Notes: generated from the sequence alone by a model not told the origin. A stretch of DNA of 64,000 nucleotides from Verrucomicrobiia bacterium (GCA_037441425.1 JBBISF010000004.1:10215-74214), one strand, 5' to 3'; positions 50,538 to 59,626 are shown, counted from the stretch's first letter. Numbers and translations: made by a program.

Positions 50538-51377
50538 TTGATGAACCGGACCGATTTCTTTGCCAGCGCCGAAGCCGTGATTCGAGAGACGATTGCTACA
50601 GTCAGTACTGTATACGGCAAATCGGGAAGCCACATTGATATTAGTTCTCCATCCTACCGGCGGCCGATCTTGGAGAGAATTTGGCGCGTGCTGTACGCAA
50701 ACGCGTGGCGCCCAGATGTAGGAAAACTCACGGTTCTTGATATAGGGGTGGGCAAGGGATGGAGTTCGTACTTGCTGGCTGCGCATTGCCGTCGGGTATT
50801 GGCATGTGATCTCTCCACTACCATTTCCGAGCAGATGGAATTGAATGACCAACCGCAGTGGCAACGCCTTCTCTGGAAGCACTTTGTTGCTGGTCGTCCA
50901 AATTTGGCTTACGTTTTTTTCGACGGGACAGCTTTGCCGGTGACGACCGAGTCAGTGGATCTCGCCGTTGCGGTGGCAGTCTTCGAGCATGTCGGCAACA
51001 ATACACTCGACCACACCGCCCGACGTGCTTGGTTGCGAGAGGTATCTCGCGTGCTCAAACCCGGCGGGCGGCTACTGATTGTCGCGTGTCCCAACCGTCA
51101 TTCCTATGCCGAAGCTCTCGCCCGCCTGCTGGGGTTGCCGCATCATACCAAGACGTTTTCCGGCAACGAAATGCGAATGCTCATCGAAGAGGCCGGGTTG
51201 GCAATCGAGGAGATTCAGTTTACCCACCCGTTTATTGATTTCTATCCGCTTCGCCTGATGCAACGACTGTGGTCGGTGTGCTACGGCTGTGGGATTCGCT
51301 TTGTTGAACCAGTTCTTGGGGTGCTACCGCTTCGCTACGTGTGGCATCACCATTGCGTAATTGCAGTTCGCAAGTGA
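50538..51377 (+). CDS. Class I SAM-dependent methyltransferase
   Basis: VLDIGVGKGW motif I, LKPGGRLLI motif. Confidence 0.65.
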   Translation: MMNRTDFFASAEAVIRETIATVSTVYGKSGSHIDISSPSYRRPILERIWRVLYANAWRPDVGKLTVLDIGVGKGWSSYLLAAHCRRVLACDLSTTISEQMELNDQPQWQRLLWKHFVAGRPNLAYVFFDGTALPVTTESVDLAVAVAVFEHVGNNTLDHTARRAWLREVSRVLKPGGRLLIVACPNRHSYAEALARLLGLPHHTKTFSGNEMRMLIEEAGLAIEEIQFTHPFIDFYPLRLMQRLWSVCYGCGIRFVEPVLGVLPLRYVWHHHCVIAVRK

Positions 51378-51387
51378 CGACAGCCGG

Positions 51388-53835
51388 TCAGGCGGACCGT
51401 CGCTTGTCGGCTACGGCTTGTAGCCCAGCAACACCAACGATGACCGATGCGAAACCGAGCGCAACCAAGTGGATGTAGATTGCCGTGGCTGGGCTTTGGT
51501 AACGAACCACTACTTCAGAGTGTCCGGCGGGAACAGGGACCGCATAAAGAATCAGGTCGGCGCGCACGGGCGCGACCGGGTGTCCGTTGACCGCTGCGTG
51601 CCAGTTTGCGTCGTAGCGGTCGTTGATCAATAGATAACCGGGCGTGGGGGCTTCGACCGCGGCTTCGATCCGGTTACCGGAGTAGCGTTGCAGATGAACG
51701 GTTCCCACCGCGTTGCCGGTCCCGCTCGGGGCGGTTGGGTGGTCGAGTAACAGCGTGCGGCGCGGGTCCCAATCGGCGGACGCTAGTCGGCGACTCAGTT
51801 CAGACTGATTATCGAAAACTTCGATTCCCGGCACAAATGTCGCCTTGGACAGGTAGTTCTTCAGAGTCACCACCGCGTGGGTCGCCTGCCAGGTATCGGT
51901 AACAGCGATCACCGTCAGGTCGTCTAATTTCGTGCCTTGCGCCTGGAAGAGCGCCACGCCGGTGATGTTGGTCTGCAATTCGGTCACGCGCTGAAGCTGG
52001 CTTAAGCCGGCAGCCGGTAGTGCCAGATACTTGACGCCGGCCAGTTGCCAGAGACGGATCGGATTGCTCTCCAACGCACTGAAGAACGCGAGGTAGTTGT
52101 CGGGCATTCGCGACGAGGCGGGAATATCAAGGGATGCAATCCGGTAGTACGGAAACACCGCGCTCAGGTAGTAGTGCAACAGACCATCTTGCGCGAGGAG
52201 TTTGACGCGCGCCGGTTCTGGATCGGCGCGGAGGGTTTCGATCAGCGGGTTGCTCCGGTACGCCGCGCGGAAGTTGAACGGTTCCAGATAGTGCGTGTGC
52301 ACCCAAAACATCTGGGCGACAACCAAGCCCGCCAACACGGGAATGCGGGCTGACGGTTTCGCCGCCACAAACCAGAGCAGCCCCACGACCGCCACAGTCA
52401 CCCCGGCGGCAAGACGGACAACACCCAGCGCGGCGGCAATTTCCGCCCGGCTATACCCTTGCGGCGCCAGCGTCTGCGGCAACCACGAATCCGCTCCCAG
52501 TGCCGCCAACAACACCAGGCCCGCCGCCGCGCTGACACCGGTCAGCAACCAGCGCCACCGTTGATTGGGTGAACCGTCCAGCCACATCTGCACACCATAG
52601 GCCGCCAGCACGGTCAGACAAAATCCGCCCGGCACCATGAATTTCAGCGGATTGCGCCACGTACCCATGTACGGGAGTTTGTAGAACAACCAGTAGAATG
52701 GCGCATACCGACCCAGCGCCAACAGGTAGCAGATGACCAAAGCCACGGTGAAGAACCGACCGTAGAACCGGCTATCGGTGTCGAGTAACTCCTCTGTGGT
52801 TGCATCCTTTTGGGCGGGCCGATTTCTGCGCCATAGCATCCACGCCCCGGCCAAGGCGAACACCAAAGCCACGGTGCCGAAGCTGTTGGCACTGATGGAA
52901 AAATTGCGGAATCCTTGATGGTCTTGCGCCCAGCCGGCTTGTCGGCCAATCCGTCCCCAGTACGGCCCATCCGGATCACCGCTGCGCCAGCCGAAAAAGC
53001 CGGGCACGAGATAATCCAAAGTCTCCGCGAACGGCAGACTCCACTGCGTCGCCCAATTCCAATGCTCTTGAGGGTTATCGCTGGCCACCTGTTTGACGCC
53101 GGTGATTTGCGTTTCAAGCATCGTTTGGAGCGTCGGCAACGCCACCAGTGCTGACATTCCGATAACCGCCAGCAACCGGCCGCCAAGCATCAGACTTTCC
53201 CGTCGCTCCCGCCGTAGCGCACGACCGATACCGGCCAGGAACAACGCGCCGACCAGCAAGGCCACCAACATTCCATGGTCGGGCTGGAGACAGATGTTCA
53301 TCCCTAAAATTGCGCCACAGACAATCGCCGCCCACCAATTCCGACTACGGATCGCCCGCAGCGCGGCACCGACGGCCAACGGCATCAGAACTAGCAGCGC
53401 CATGGGGCCAAAATGACCTGAGTAGATATTGCTAAGCAACGGTCCCTGCCACCCGTAGATCAACCCGCCGATGACGGCTGCCGGGCGCGCCAGTTTCAAT
53501 TCGCGCAACAGCCAATAGGCCGTCCCGACAGCCAGTGCGCCGCAGAGCGGATAAAATAGCGTGAAAAACCACCACACCGGCAAGTGCGCGAGGAGTGAAG
53601 TCGGCGTCAACGGTACCGGCAAATTCGGAAACCCGAGCCAATAATCATAACTCATGAACCCTTGCGGCGGGAACTGAAACCGCATCGCGCGATAGCTGCC
53701 CGGTGTGACGTCATTGGTCAGCGGAACGAATTGGCCGCCGGAGAAAAAGTAGCAGAGCCACAACTGCAACAGAAGCGTTCCGCCAGCAGCCAGTAACAGC
53801 CAGCGATTATTATGTTGCCCAACCGGTTTCTTCAC
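51388..53835 (-). CDS. Large polytopic membrane protein, YfhO-like GT-C glycosyltransferase candidate (copy 2)
   Basis: 815 aa. Many N-terminal TM helices, large soluble domain, terminal TM. 4-nt overlap with the upstream GT2. Confidence 0.45.
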   Translation of the reverse strand: MKKPVGQHNNRWLLLAAGGTLLLQLWLCYFFSGGQFVPLTNDVTPGSYRAMRFQFPPQGFMSYDYWLGFPNLPVPLTPTSLLAHLPVWWFFTLFYPLCGALAVGTAYWLLRELKLARPAAVIGGLIYGWQGPLLSNIYSGHFGPMALLVLMPLAVGAALRAIRSRNWWAAIVCGAILGMNICLQPDHGMLVALLVGALFLAGIGRALRRERRESLMLGGRLLAVIGMSALVALPTLQTMLETQITGVKQVASDNPQEHWNWATQWSLPFAETLDYLVPGFFGWRSGDPDGPYWGRIGRQAGWAQDHQGFRNFSISANSFGTVALVFALAGAWMLWRRNRPAQKDATTEELLDTDSRFYGRFFTVALVICYLLALGRYAPFYWLFYKLPYMGTWRNPLKFMVPGGFCLTVLAAYGVQMWLDGSPNQRWRWLLTGVSAAAGLVLLAALGADSWLPQTLAPQGYSRAEIAAALGVVRLAAGVTVAVVGLLWFVAAKPSARIPVLAGLVVAQMFWVHTHYLEPFNFRAAYRSNPLIETLRADPEPARVKLLAQDGLLHYYLSAVFPYYRIASLDIPASSRMPDNYLAFFSALESNPIRLWQLAGVKYLALPAAGLSQLQRVTELQTNITGVALFQAQGTKLDDLTVIAVTDTWQATHAVVTLKNYLSKATFVPGIEVFDNQSELSRRLASADWDPRRTLLLDHPTAPSGTGNAVGTVHLQRYSGNRIEAAVEAPTPGYLLINDRYDANWHAAVNGHPVAPVRADLILYAVPVPAGHSEVVVRYQSPATAIYIHLVALGFASVIVGVAGLQAVADKRRSA

Positions 53836-54545
53836 TTGTTAACCTCGCTCCGTCGAACCGCGCGCCACGTGCGCCAGGTGTCGCGGAAAATCTCGGCAAT
53901 CGCGCGCCAGCCCACGGCGCTGCCAAATTTCATCGTGTGATTGACCACCACCGGCGCCTCGGCCATGCGGGCGCCCAGTTTCACCAAGTGGACCAGCAAT
54001 TCAAGATCGAAGGCAAAGCCGGTCAGCTTGGTGTTGGCCAGCGCTTCGGTCAATAGTTCGCGCCGGACCAGTTTCAGACCCGTCTGCGTGTCGCGGACCG
54101 GCAACCCGAACAGACATTTCACCAGCCGGTAGTAGCCCCAACTGTATAGCCGCCGCAGCGCGGGATACTCGACGTTGCTGTCCGGGTGCATCTTGCTGCC
54201 GATGACGGCGTCGGCGTTGTGGGTTTTCTGCAGAATCAGGAACAACTCGATTTGCTCCGGTGGCAGGTCTAAGTCGGCGTCGAGAAAGATCACAAACTCG
54301 CCCCGCGCGGCGCGGGTGCCCTGGCGCAACGCCTCGCCCTTGCCGGCGTGCGGCAGATGCAGCACCCGGACTTCGGGAAGCTCGGCCGCCGCCGCGTCCA
54401 GCGCGGCCGGTGCGTCGTCCGTGCTGCCGTCGTCCACCGCCAGAATCTCAAATGGCCCCAAGGGACGTAACACGCCGGCCGTGTGCCGGAGATTCACCAA
54501 CACGTTCGGGCCTTCATTATAGACGGGCATGACGACGGACAACAT
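53832..54545 (-). CDS. GT2 polyprenol-phosphate sugar synthase (DPM1/CsbB-like, soluble)
   Basis: LSVVMPVYNEG, AVDDGSTDD, IFLDADLD motifs. 237 aa. Confidence 0.75.
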   Translation of the reverse strand: MLSVVMPVYNEGPNVLVNLRHTAGVLRPLGPFEILAVDDGSTDDAPAALDAAAAELPEVRVLHLPHAGKGEALRQGTRAARGEFVIFLDADLDLPPEQIELFLILQKTHNADAVIGSKMHPDSNVEYPALRRLYSWGYYRLVKCLFGLPVRDTQTGLKLVRRELLTEALANTKLTGFAFDLELLVHLVKLGARMAEAPVVVNHTMKFGSAVGWRAIAEIFRDTWRTWRAVRRSEVNK

Positions 54546-54558
54546 GGCTGTACCTATT

Positions 54559-55815
54559 CTATGAACCAGTCTTGACGGTTGCTGTCAACTGCCGCGTTGA
54601 ACGGGTCAACAAAGCCAACCCCGCCAACAGAGTCACTGCGCCGCAACCCCCAAGCTGGATCAGCCGCACTAATTCCGTGGCGGTTCCGCCGTACCACATC
54701 AGGACGCTGCTGTAGATGATCGCAAGCACGCCATAGCCGAGGCTCAACCCCAACCGGCGCGAGGCCAGCGCGTACGCGCCGGCGGCTTGCAGCAGTCCGA
54801 TGCCGAACATGGCCCGCGCAAATGCCGGCAACAACGCCGTCACCGGCTCTTCCACGCGTCCCAGCAACAGCCGGCACAGGAACGCATCGCTGTGTATCAC
54901 CGCCACCGCGCCCACCGCCAGCAGGCCCACGTAGAGCAACAACAACAGTTGCGCCGTCCGATCAGTGCGTTGTCGACCGGAACGCGCCGTGAACCAGACC
55001 ACCAGAACGGGGCTTGCCAGATACACCACCGCGCGACCGAACAACCCGGCCGCGCTGTACACGCCCAGCGCCGGCCCGTCCAAATGACGTTGCGCAATCA
55101 GCAGGTCCGATTGGAGGAACAGGAACTGCCCGCCCACGACCGCGAAGGCCGCCACCAGGAACAACAGAAACTCCCGTTCCATAACCGGCTGGATTGAGCC
55201 GGACAACCGGACCTGACCCCCATCGCGGCGCAACACCAAGCCCACCGCCAAAAGACTGCCCAGCAGCGAAGCCACGATGCCGCTTTCCGCCCGGGGCCAA
55301 ACCGCCACGATGCTGACGCCCAGCAAACGCATGGCGACGTTGGCCAGGCCCAGCCCGGCCAGAAAAGTGAATTGCCCCAGGCCCGCGCACCAGGCATTCA
55401 TCAAGCCGCCCCAGATTCCGGCCAAGGCCATCGCCAAAACCAACCCGGCCACCGTCACGCGTGGCACCTGAAAGAACCGCGCGGCCGGGTAGAGCACCAC
55501 CAACGCGAGCAGTGACACCACCACCGTGACGCGCAGCAAAAACGCGGCGCTGGCGGTCTTCAATTCGGCAACCCGCGGTTGGTCATCCACCGCTTGATGC
55601 CGGGCCAGATAATGGGTCACGGCCTGATTGGCGGCGGCCATCCCCAGCGACAACATGGCGGCCAGACTGAGCGCGGCGTTGAGGTACCCGAATTCGGCGA
55701 GCGGCAACAGGCGGCCCATCAACGCCTGAAACACATAATTGCCAAGCGCGCCCAACAAACTGGCCGCCGTCAGCACCGCGCTGCTGCGCCACCAGAATCG
55801 TTGTTCCCCAGCCAT
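54559..55815 (-). CDS. MOP-superfamily (Wzx-like) polysaccharide/lipid-linked oligosaccharide flippase
   Basis: ~12 TM helices throughout. Start taken at M46 (55815) of the track ORF. Confidence 0.65.
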   Translation of the reverse strand: MAGEQRFWWRSSAVLTAASLLGALGNYVFQALMGRLLPLAEFGYLNAALSLAAMLSLGMAAANQAVTHYLARHQAVDDQPRVAELKTASAAFLLRVTVVVSLLALVVLYPAARFFQVPRVTVAGLVLAMALAGIWGGLMNAWCAGLGQFTFLAGLGLANVAMRLLGVSIVAVWPRAESGIVASLLGSLLAVGLVLRRDGGQVRLSGSIQPVMEREFLLFLVAAFAVVGGQFLFLQSDLLIAQRHLDGPALGVYSAAGLFGRAVVYLASPVLVVWFTARSGRQRTDRTAQLLLLLYVGLLAVGAVAVIHSDAFLCRLLLGRVEEPVTALLPAFARAMFGIGLLQAAGAYALASRRLGLSLGYGVLAIIYSSVLMWYGGTATELVRLIQLGGCGAVTLLAGLALLTRSTRQLTATVKTGS

Positions 55816-55882
55816 ATCGGCCTGACTGTGTAAGCCAAAACCATTGCCGCCGCCAGAGTTTTCGTGTACAAGCTGGCCCACC

Positions 55883-57112
55883 ATGAAAATTGTTGTGGCG
55901 TACTCCGGCGGGTTGGATACCTCGGTCATTTTGCGATGGTTGAAGGACACCTATCAATGTGAAGTCGTCGCGTTTTGCGCCGACATCGGGCAGGAAGAAG
56001 AACTGACCGGCCTCGATAAGAAAGCGTTGGCCACCGGCGCGAGCCGGTTCTTTGCGCTCAACCTCGTGGAGGAATTCGCCCGCGATTTCATTTTCCCGAT
56101 GATCCAAGCCGGCGCGATCTACGAGAGCCAATACTTCCTCGGCACGAGCATTGCCCGCCCGCTCATCGCCAAGGCGCAGGTCGAGATCGCCCGGAAAGAG
56201 AAAGCGGACACCGTGGCGCACGGCGCCACCGGCAAGGGCAACGACCAATGCCGGTTCGAGTTGACCTATGCCGCGCTCGCGCCCGATCTCAAGATCATTG
56301 CGCCGTGGCGCTTGCCGGAATATCACAACCGCTTCAAGGGCCGGGCGGAGATGCTCGCGTATTGTCAGGAGCAGGGGATCAAGGTGGAAGCTAGCGCCAA
56401 GAAGCCGTACTCGATGGACCGCAATCTTCTGCACATTTCGTTTGAGTCCGGCATCCTCGAAGATCCGTGGAGCGAACCGCCAAAAGACATGTTCAAGCTC
56501 AGCGTGTCGCCCGAAGACGCCCCGAACCAACCGGAGTACGTCGAACTCGATTTCGAGTCTGGCATTTGCGTCGCCGTCAACGGCAAGAAACTCTCGCCCG
56601 GCAACGTCATGCGGATGTTGAATAAGCTCGGCGGCAAACACGGCATCGGCCGGGTGGACCTCGTCGAGAACCGGTTCGTGGGCATGAAAAGCCGGGGTGT
56701 GTACGAAACACCCGGCGGCACGATCCTGCATTTTGCCCACCGTCAGATGGAAACGCTGACGATGGACCGGGAAGTCATGCACCTGCGCGACTCGCTCATC
56801 CCGAAATACAGCGAACTGGTGTACTACGGCTTCTGGTTCAGTCCGGAACGGGAAGCGTTGCAGGCCCTCGTCACCGAGAGCCAGAAGAATGTCACCGGCA
56901 CCGTTCGCCTCAAGCTCTACAAAGGCAACGTCGTCACCGCCGGCCGCAAATCGCCGGTCTCGCTCTACAACCCGTACGTCGCCACGATGGAAGCCGACAA
57001 AGGCGCGTTCGATCAGACCGACGCCACCGGCTTCATCCGCCTCAACGCCCTCCGGTTGCGGACCCGCGCGGGCGTCTTGAAGTCGGGCAAAAAGACGCAG
57101 CCCTCCGCCTGA
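55883..57112 (+). CDS. argG: Argininosuccinate synthase
   Basis: [18 protein letters not shown]-PPase motif. Confidence 0.9.
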   Translation: MKIVVAYSGGLDTSVILRWLKDTYQCEVVAFCADIGQEEELTGLDKKALATGASRFFALNLVEEFARDFIFPMIQAGAIYESQYFLGTSIARPLIAKAQVEIARKEKADTVAHGATGKGNDQCRFELTYAALAPDLKIIAPWRLPEYHNRFKGRAEMLAYCQEQGIKVEASAKKPYSMDRNLLHISFESGILEDPWSEPPKDMFKLSVSPEDAPNQPEYVELDFESGICVAVNGKKLSPGNVMRMLNKLGGKHGIGRVDLVENRFVGMKSRGVYETPGGTILHFAHRQMETLTMDREVMHLRDSLIPKYSELVYYGFWFSPEREALQALVTESQKNVTGTVRLKLYKGNVVTAGRKSPVSLYNPYVATMEADKGAFDQTDATGFIRLNALRLRTRAGVLKSGKKTQPSA

Positions 57113-57490
57113 CCGGGTTCGGAATCGAGTATCTTCGGCGGAATTTCCGGCCGGGGATGCCAGCCTGCACTTTTCTCACCCGTGAGACGGGAACTCTGCC
57201 ATTCTGCATGGCATGAAGATGATTGAGCTGCGCCTGCAAACCATCCGGGGCGCGCAATTTCTGGAGACGCTCGGCCGGCTCAGCTTTCTCCCCGTGCCAA
57301 GTCCTCAGCCTGAAATGCCCGTGCCGGAAGGGCGGCCGGAGTGATGAACCACCCCGCGCCGTCATCCCCGTCTGGGTCGGCACCAAGCCTGCCGGCAATG
57401 ATCCCGTCGGCCAGTACACCAAGCTTGCCGGCTGCGATCCGCTGGCGAGCCTCACCGTCGAACCGCAGACATGATCCTCACGCACGCGGA

Positions 57491-57538
57491 CGGAACGGTG
57501 CCCCGTTCCGCTCCGGAGCGGAATCGGTCACGATTCCG
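57491..57538. other. Three consecutive GC-rich palindromes (two 8-bp-stem hairpins flanking GCTCCGGAGC)
   Basis: CGGAACGG-tgcc-CCGTTCCG; GCTCCGGAGC; CGGAATCG-gtca-CGATTCCG. No U-tract on either strand. Confidence 0.4.
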
Positions 57539-57718
57539 TTGGTCGTCGGTAAAGCTCTGTGCCCTCACCGCGCCGCGTCTTTGCTTCTGTCTTTACATCT
57601 GGCTTCGCGCGCGTGATGCTACGACACGGAAGATTGGCCTGCAATGAAGTGTGCGCCGGTAAGCTCGAATCGCGCCGTCCGGAATAGGCTGCAAAAACGC
57701 AGTTCACCATAAGGCTAG

Positions 57719-58147
57719 GTGATGATGCTGAAATTCCTGTCAGGGCTTAGCATGATAGTAGCAGTCTTCCTTGTGTTCAGTTCGTTCGCTGCTGCACAAA
57801 ACGCAGTCCCGCCTGCGGATCTATCAGCAATTTCAGATTTCTTTCGTAAGTATGTTTCGATAATCAACGCCGGTGATACGAACGCTTACTTACGGCTTGT
57901 ACATCCGAAGTATCTGGCGTGCAGGACGGCTAAGACAGGACCCTTTTACAGGCATTGGTTGAATTCAGAATTCAAATACCGGATTCCACCCGATTATACT
58001 GTGCACACGGAAATTATAGCCAATTGGACAGGGGGGGCGGACTTGCCGATATATTTGAGTTTCCGGTTCCGCCGACGCATTTTGTCAGTTTTGGTTTTCG
58101 GACCAAAGAGGTCTCACTGGGTGCGTGCCGGTACGTCATCTGCGTGA
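57719..58147 (+). CDS. Secreted hypothetical protein in low-GC islet; reading frame shifts at an internal G7 tract (alternative C-terminus to 58227)
   Basis: Signal peptide MMMLKFLSGLSMIVAVFLVFSSFAAAQ. GC ~48% against ~62% genome-wide. See repeat at 58031-58037. Confidence 0.45.
   Translation: MMMLKFLSGLSMIVAVFLVFSSFAAAQNAVPPADLSAISDFFRKYVSIINAGDTNAYLRLVHPKYLACRTAKTGPFYRHWLNSEFKYRIPPDYTVHTEIIANWTGGADLPIYLSFRFRRRILSVLVFGPKRSHWVRAGTSSA
58031..58037 (+). repeat. Homopolymeric G7 tract inside the CDS
   Basis: Directly visible run of 7 G. Confidence 0.6.
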
Positions 58148-58438
58148 CCAACACTGTGTTTCTTGTCATTCCATGTCCGAAGCCTCGGATCGTCGAGTAC
58201 TACCGCAAGCTAGAGACACGTCCTTGAAGGCCACATGCAAGAAATCACTTCGCTTCAGCGAACGGCGATCCGCGCGTTCGCTGGGTGTTCGCGTTCTGCT
58301 CCCACATCGCGTCTCCATAATCCTCGGCCGTTTCGCTAACTTGCTGTCTGCTGCTCCTATCCGGCGTGAGCGGCCAGCACGTCCGGCTTTACAGGCGGGG
58401 CGGGGCGCGCGAATCTGCCGGTAGGAGAAGGAGCAGCA

Positions 58439-59047
58439 GTGGCGCATACATTCGGCAGCAGTATGAAACGCTGGCACAAGGCCGTCTTCTTGATTCTCGG
58501 TATTGTGCTACTGTTTCGGCTCGGACAGTTCGCTTGGGTTAAAGCAACGCCGAGGTTGACACCGAGCCAACAAAGGTACATCGCGTTGCCCTGCGGTTAC
58601 TGGCTGTCCATCTTCCCGAAGAATGGGAGTCTGTATACAATCTGCGGAGTCACGCTGTGGGTATCTGCACCGGGCTGTTATGTCGCATTGATTGGGCCGA
58701 ATTGTTTTCGTGACCAGGCGCTCATCGGATGTGTCGCCTTGGCTTTCGCGGGGCTGACTCCTCTCGTCGGCTGGCGTCGAAAATCGTGGAAGCTATTGGG
58801 GATTGGACTGGGGCTTTCGGCCGCGTATGGTTGGTATTTCCGACCATGGCGGGTATTTGAGAGAATCATGTTGAACCCCAGTGCACCTTCTGAATCGCTG
58901 TCCCGATTTTATCGGGAGGCGTTGCCCTGGATTTGGTGTATGCGGTGCGTTGTGGTGGCTTGGATGGTCGCGCTCTTATTGACCGTTTTGGTGGTTTCAA
59001 GGCGGTACTGGCAACATCCAGCCAGCGCTTGGCTACGCCCCCGATGA
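58439..59047 (+). CDS. Hypothetical membrane protein (4 predicted TM helices) in low-GC islet
   Basis: Hydrophobic helices at AVFLILGIVLLFRLGQFAW, LIGCVALAFAGLTPLVGW, LLGIGLGLSAAYGWYF and VVVAWMVALLLTVLVV. Confidence 0.4.
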   Translation: MAHTFGSSMKRWHKAVFLILGIVLLFRLGQFAWVKATPRLTPSQQRYIALPCGYWLSIFPKNGSLYTICGVTLWVSAPGCYVALIGPNCFRDQALIGCVALAFAGLTPLVGWRRKSWKLLGIGLGLSAAYGWYFRPWRVFERIMLNPSAPSESLSRFYREALPWIWCMRCVVVAWMVALLLTVLVVSRRYWQHPASAWLRPR

Positions 59048-59057
59048 GGCGGTCGGG

Positions 59058-59204
59058 TTGATCTTTGTCGGTGGTCTTGAGGCTCTTGCGAATCTGCTTG
59101 CCGTCACGCTTGAATAAGGCATAGTACACGCCCGATGTTTCGGATCAATACAGGTTTTTCCCGACGTGATGCAGGGCGTGATTTACGATTGGCGTCGTTT
59201 TCAT
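59058..59204 (-). pseudogene. Decayed tyrosine-integrase N-terminal (arm DNA-binding) remnant with in-frame TGA
   Basis: Minus-strand translation MKTTPIVNHALHHVGKNLY*SETSGVYYALFKRDGKQIRKSLKTTDKDQ matches the phage-integrase N-terminal pattern LPxNLY...GVYYxRxRxxGKxxRxSLGTxDKxxA. Similarity is lost after ~45 aa. Confidence 0.45.
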
Positions 59205-59297
59205 GCCTTGTATCACACAGGGTGACAACTTGGGGTCATAAGTGCAAAATTGCAGTTTGTACGGAAACGGAGTTTGACCGCATAAACATTGATTGAT

Positions 59298-59373
59298 GAG
59301 CCGGTAGCTCAGTTGGTAGAGCAACGGCCTTTTAAGCCGTGGGTCGTGGGTTCGAATCCCACCCGGCTCACCA
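59298..59373 (+). tRNA. tRNA-Lys (anticodon UUU)
   Basis: GAGCCGG acceptor, anticodon loop CTTTTAA, TTCGAAT T-loop, encoded CCA. Confidence 0.85.
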
Positions 59374-59539
59374 ATCTTTTCCCGCCGCGTTCAGCGGTCG
59401 AAGAATTCCCGGGCCCGTTGAAAGTCGGCCGGGATTTCAGGGGCGGCGACGCTGAGTCGCCTCAGACCGGCGTGTTCGCTCTGTTGACTTTTTGGCAAAT
59501 CTTCCGCTAGGTTCGTGACCATCCGTGGGATGCGCGATG

Positions 59540-59626
59540 GCCCGGGTGGCGGAACGGCAGACGCATCGGACTTAAAATCCGAAGGTGGGTTAAACCACCG
59601 TGGGGGTTCGAATCCCCCCCCGGGCA
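59540..59626 (+). tRNA. tRNA-Leu (anticodon UAA)
   Basis: GCCCGGG acceptor, anticodon loop CTTAAAA, long variable arm, GGGGG-TTCGAAT-CCCCC T arm, no encoded CCA. Confidence 0.85.

Noticed and set aside
58866-59129. 87-aa minus-strand ORF as an intact gene
   Set aside because: Only its first ~25 codons resemble an integrase. The integrase-like reading actually starts further upstream (59204) across an in-frame TGA, and the rest has no protein-like character. Treated as a pseudogene fragment.
57719-59373. Canonical tRNA-integrated genomic island
   Set aside because: The integrase remnant and low-GC cargo lie 5' of the plus-strand tRNAs, not 3' of them, and no att direct repeat was identified. 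Kept only as a decayed islet.
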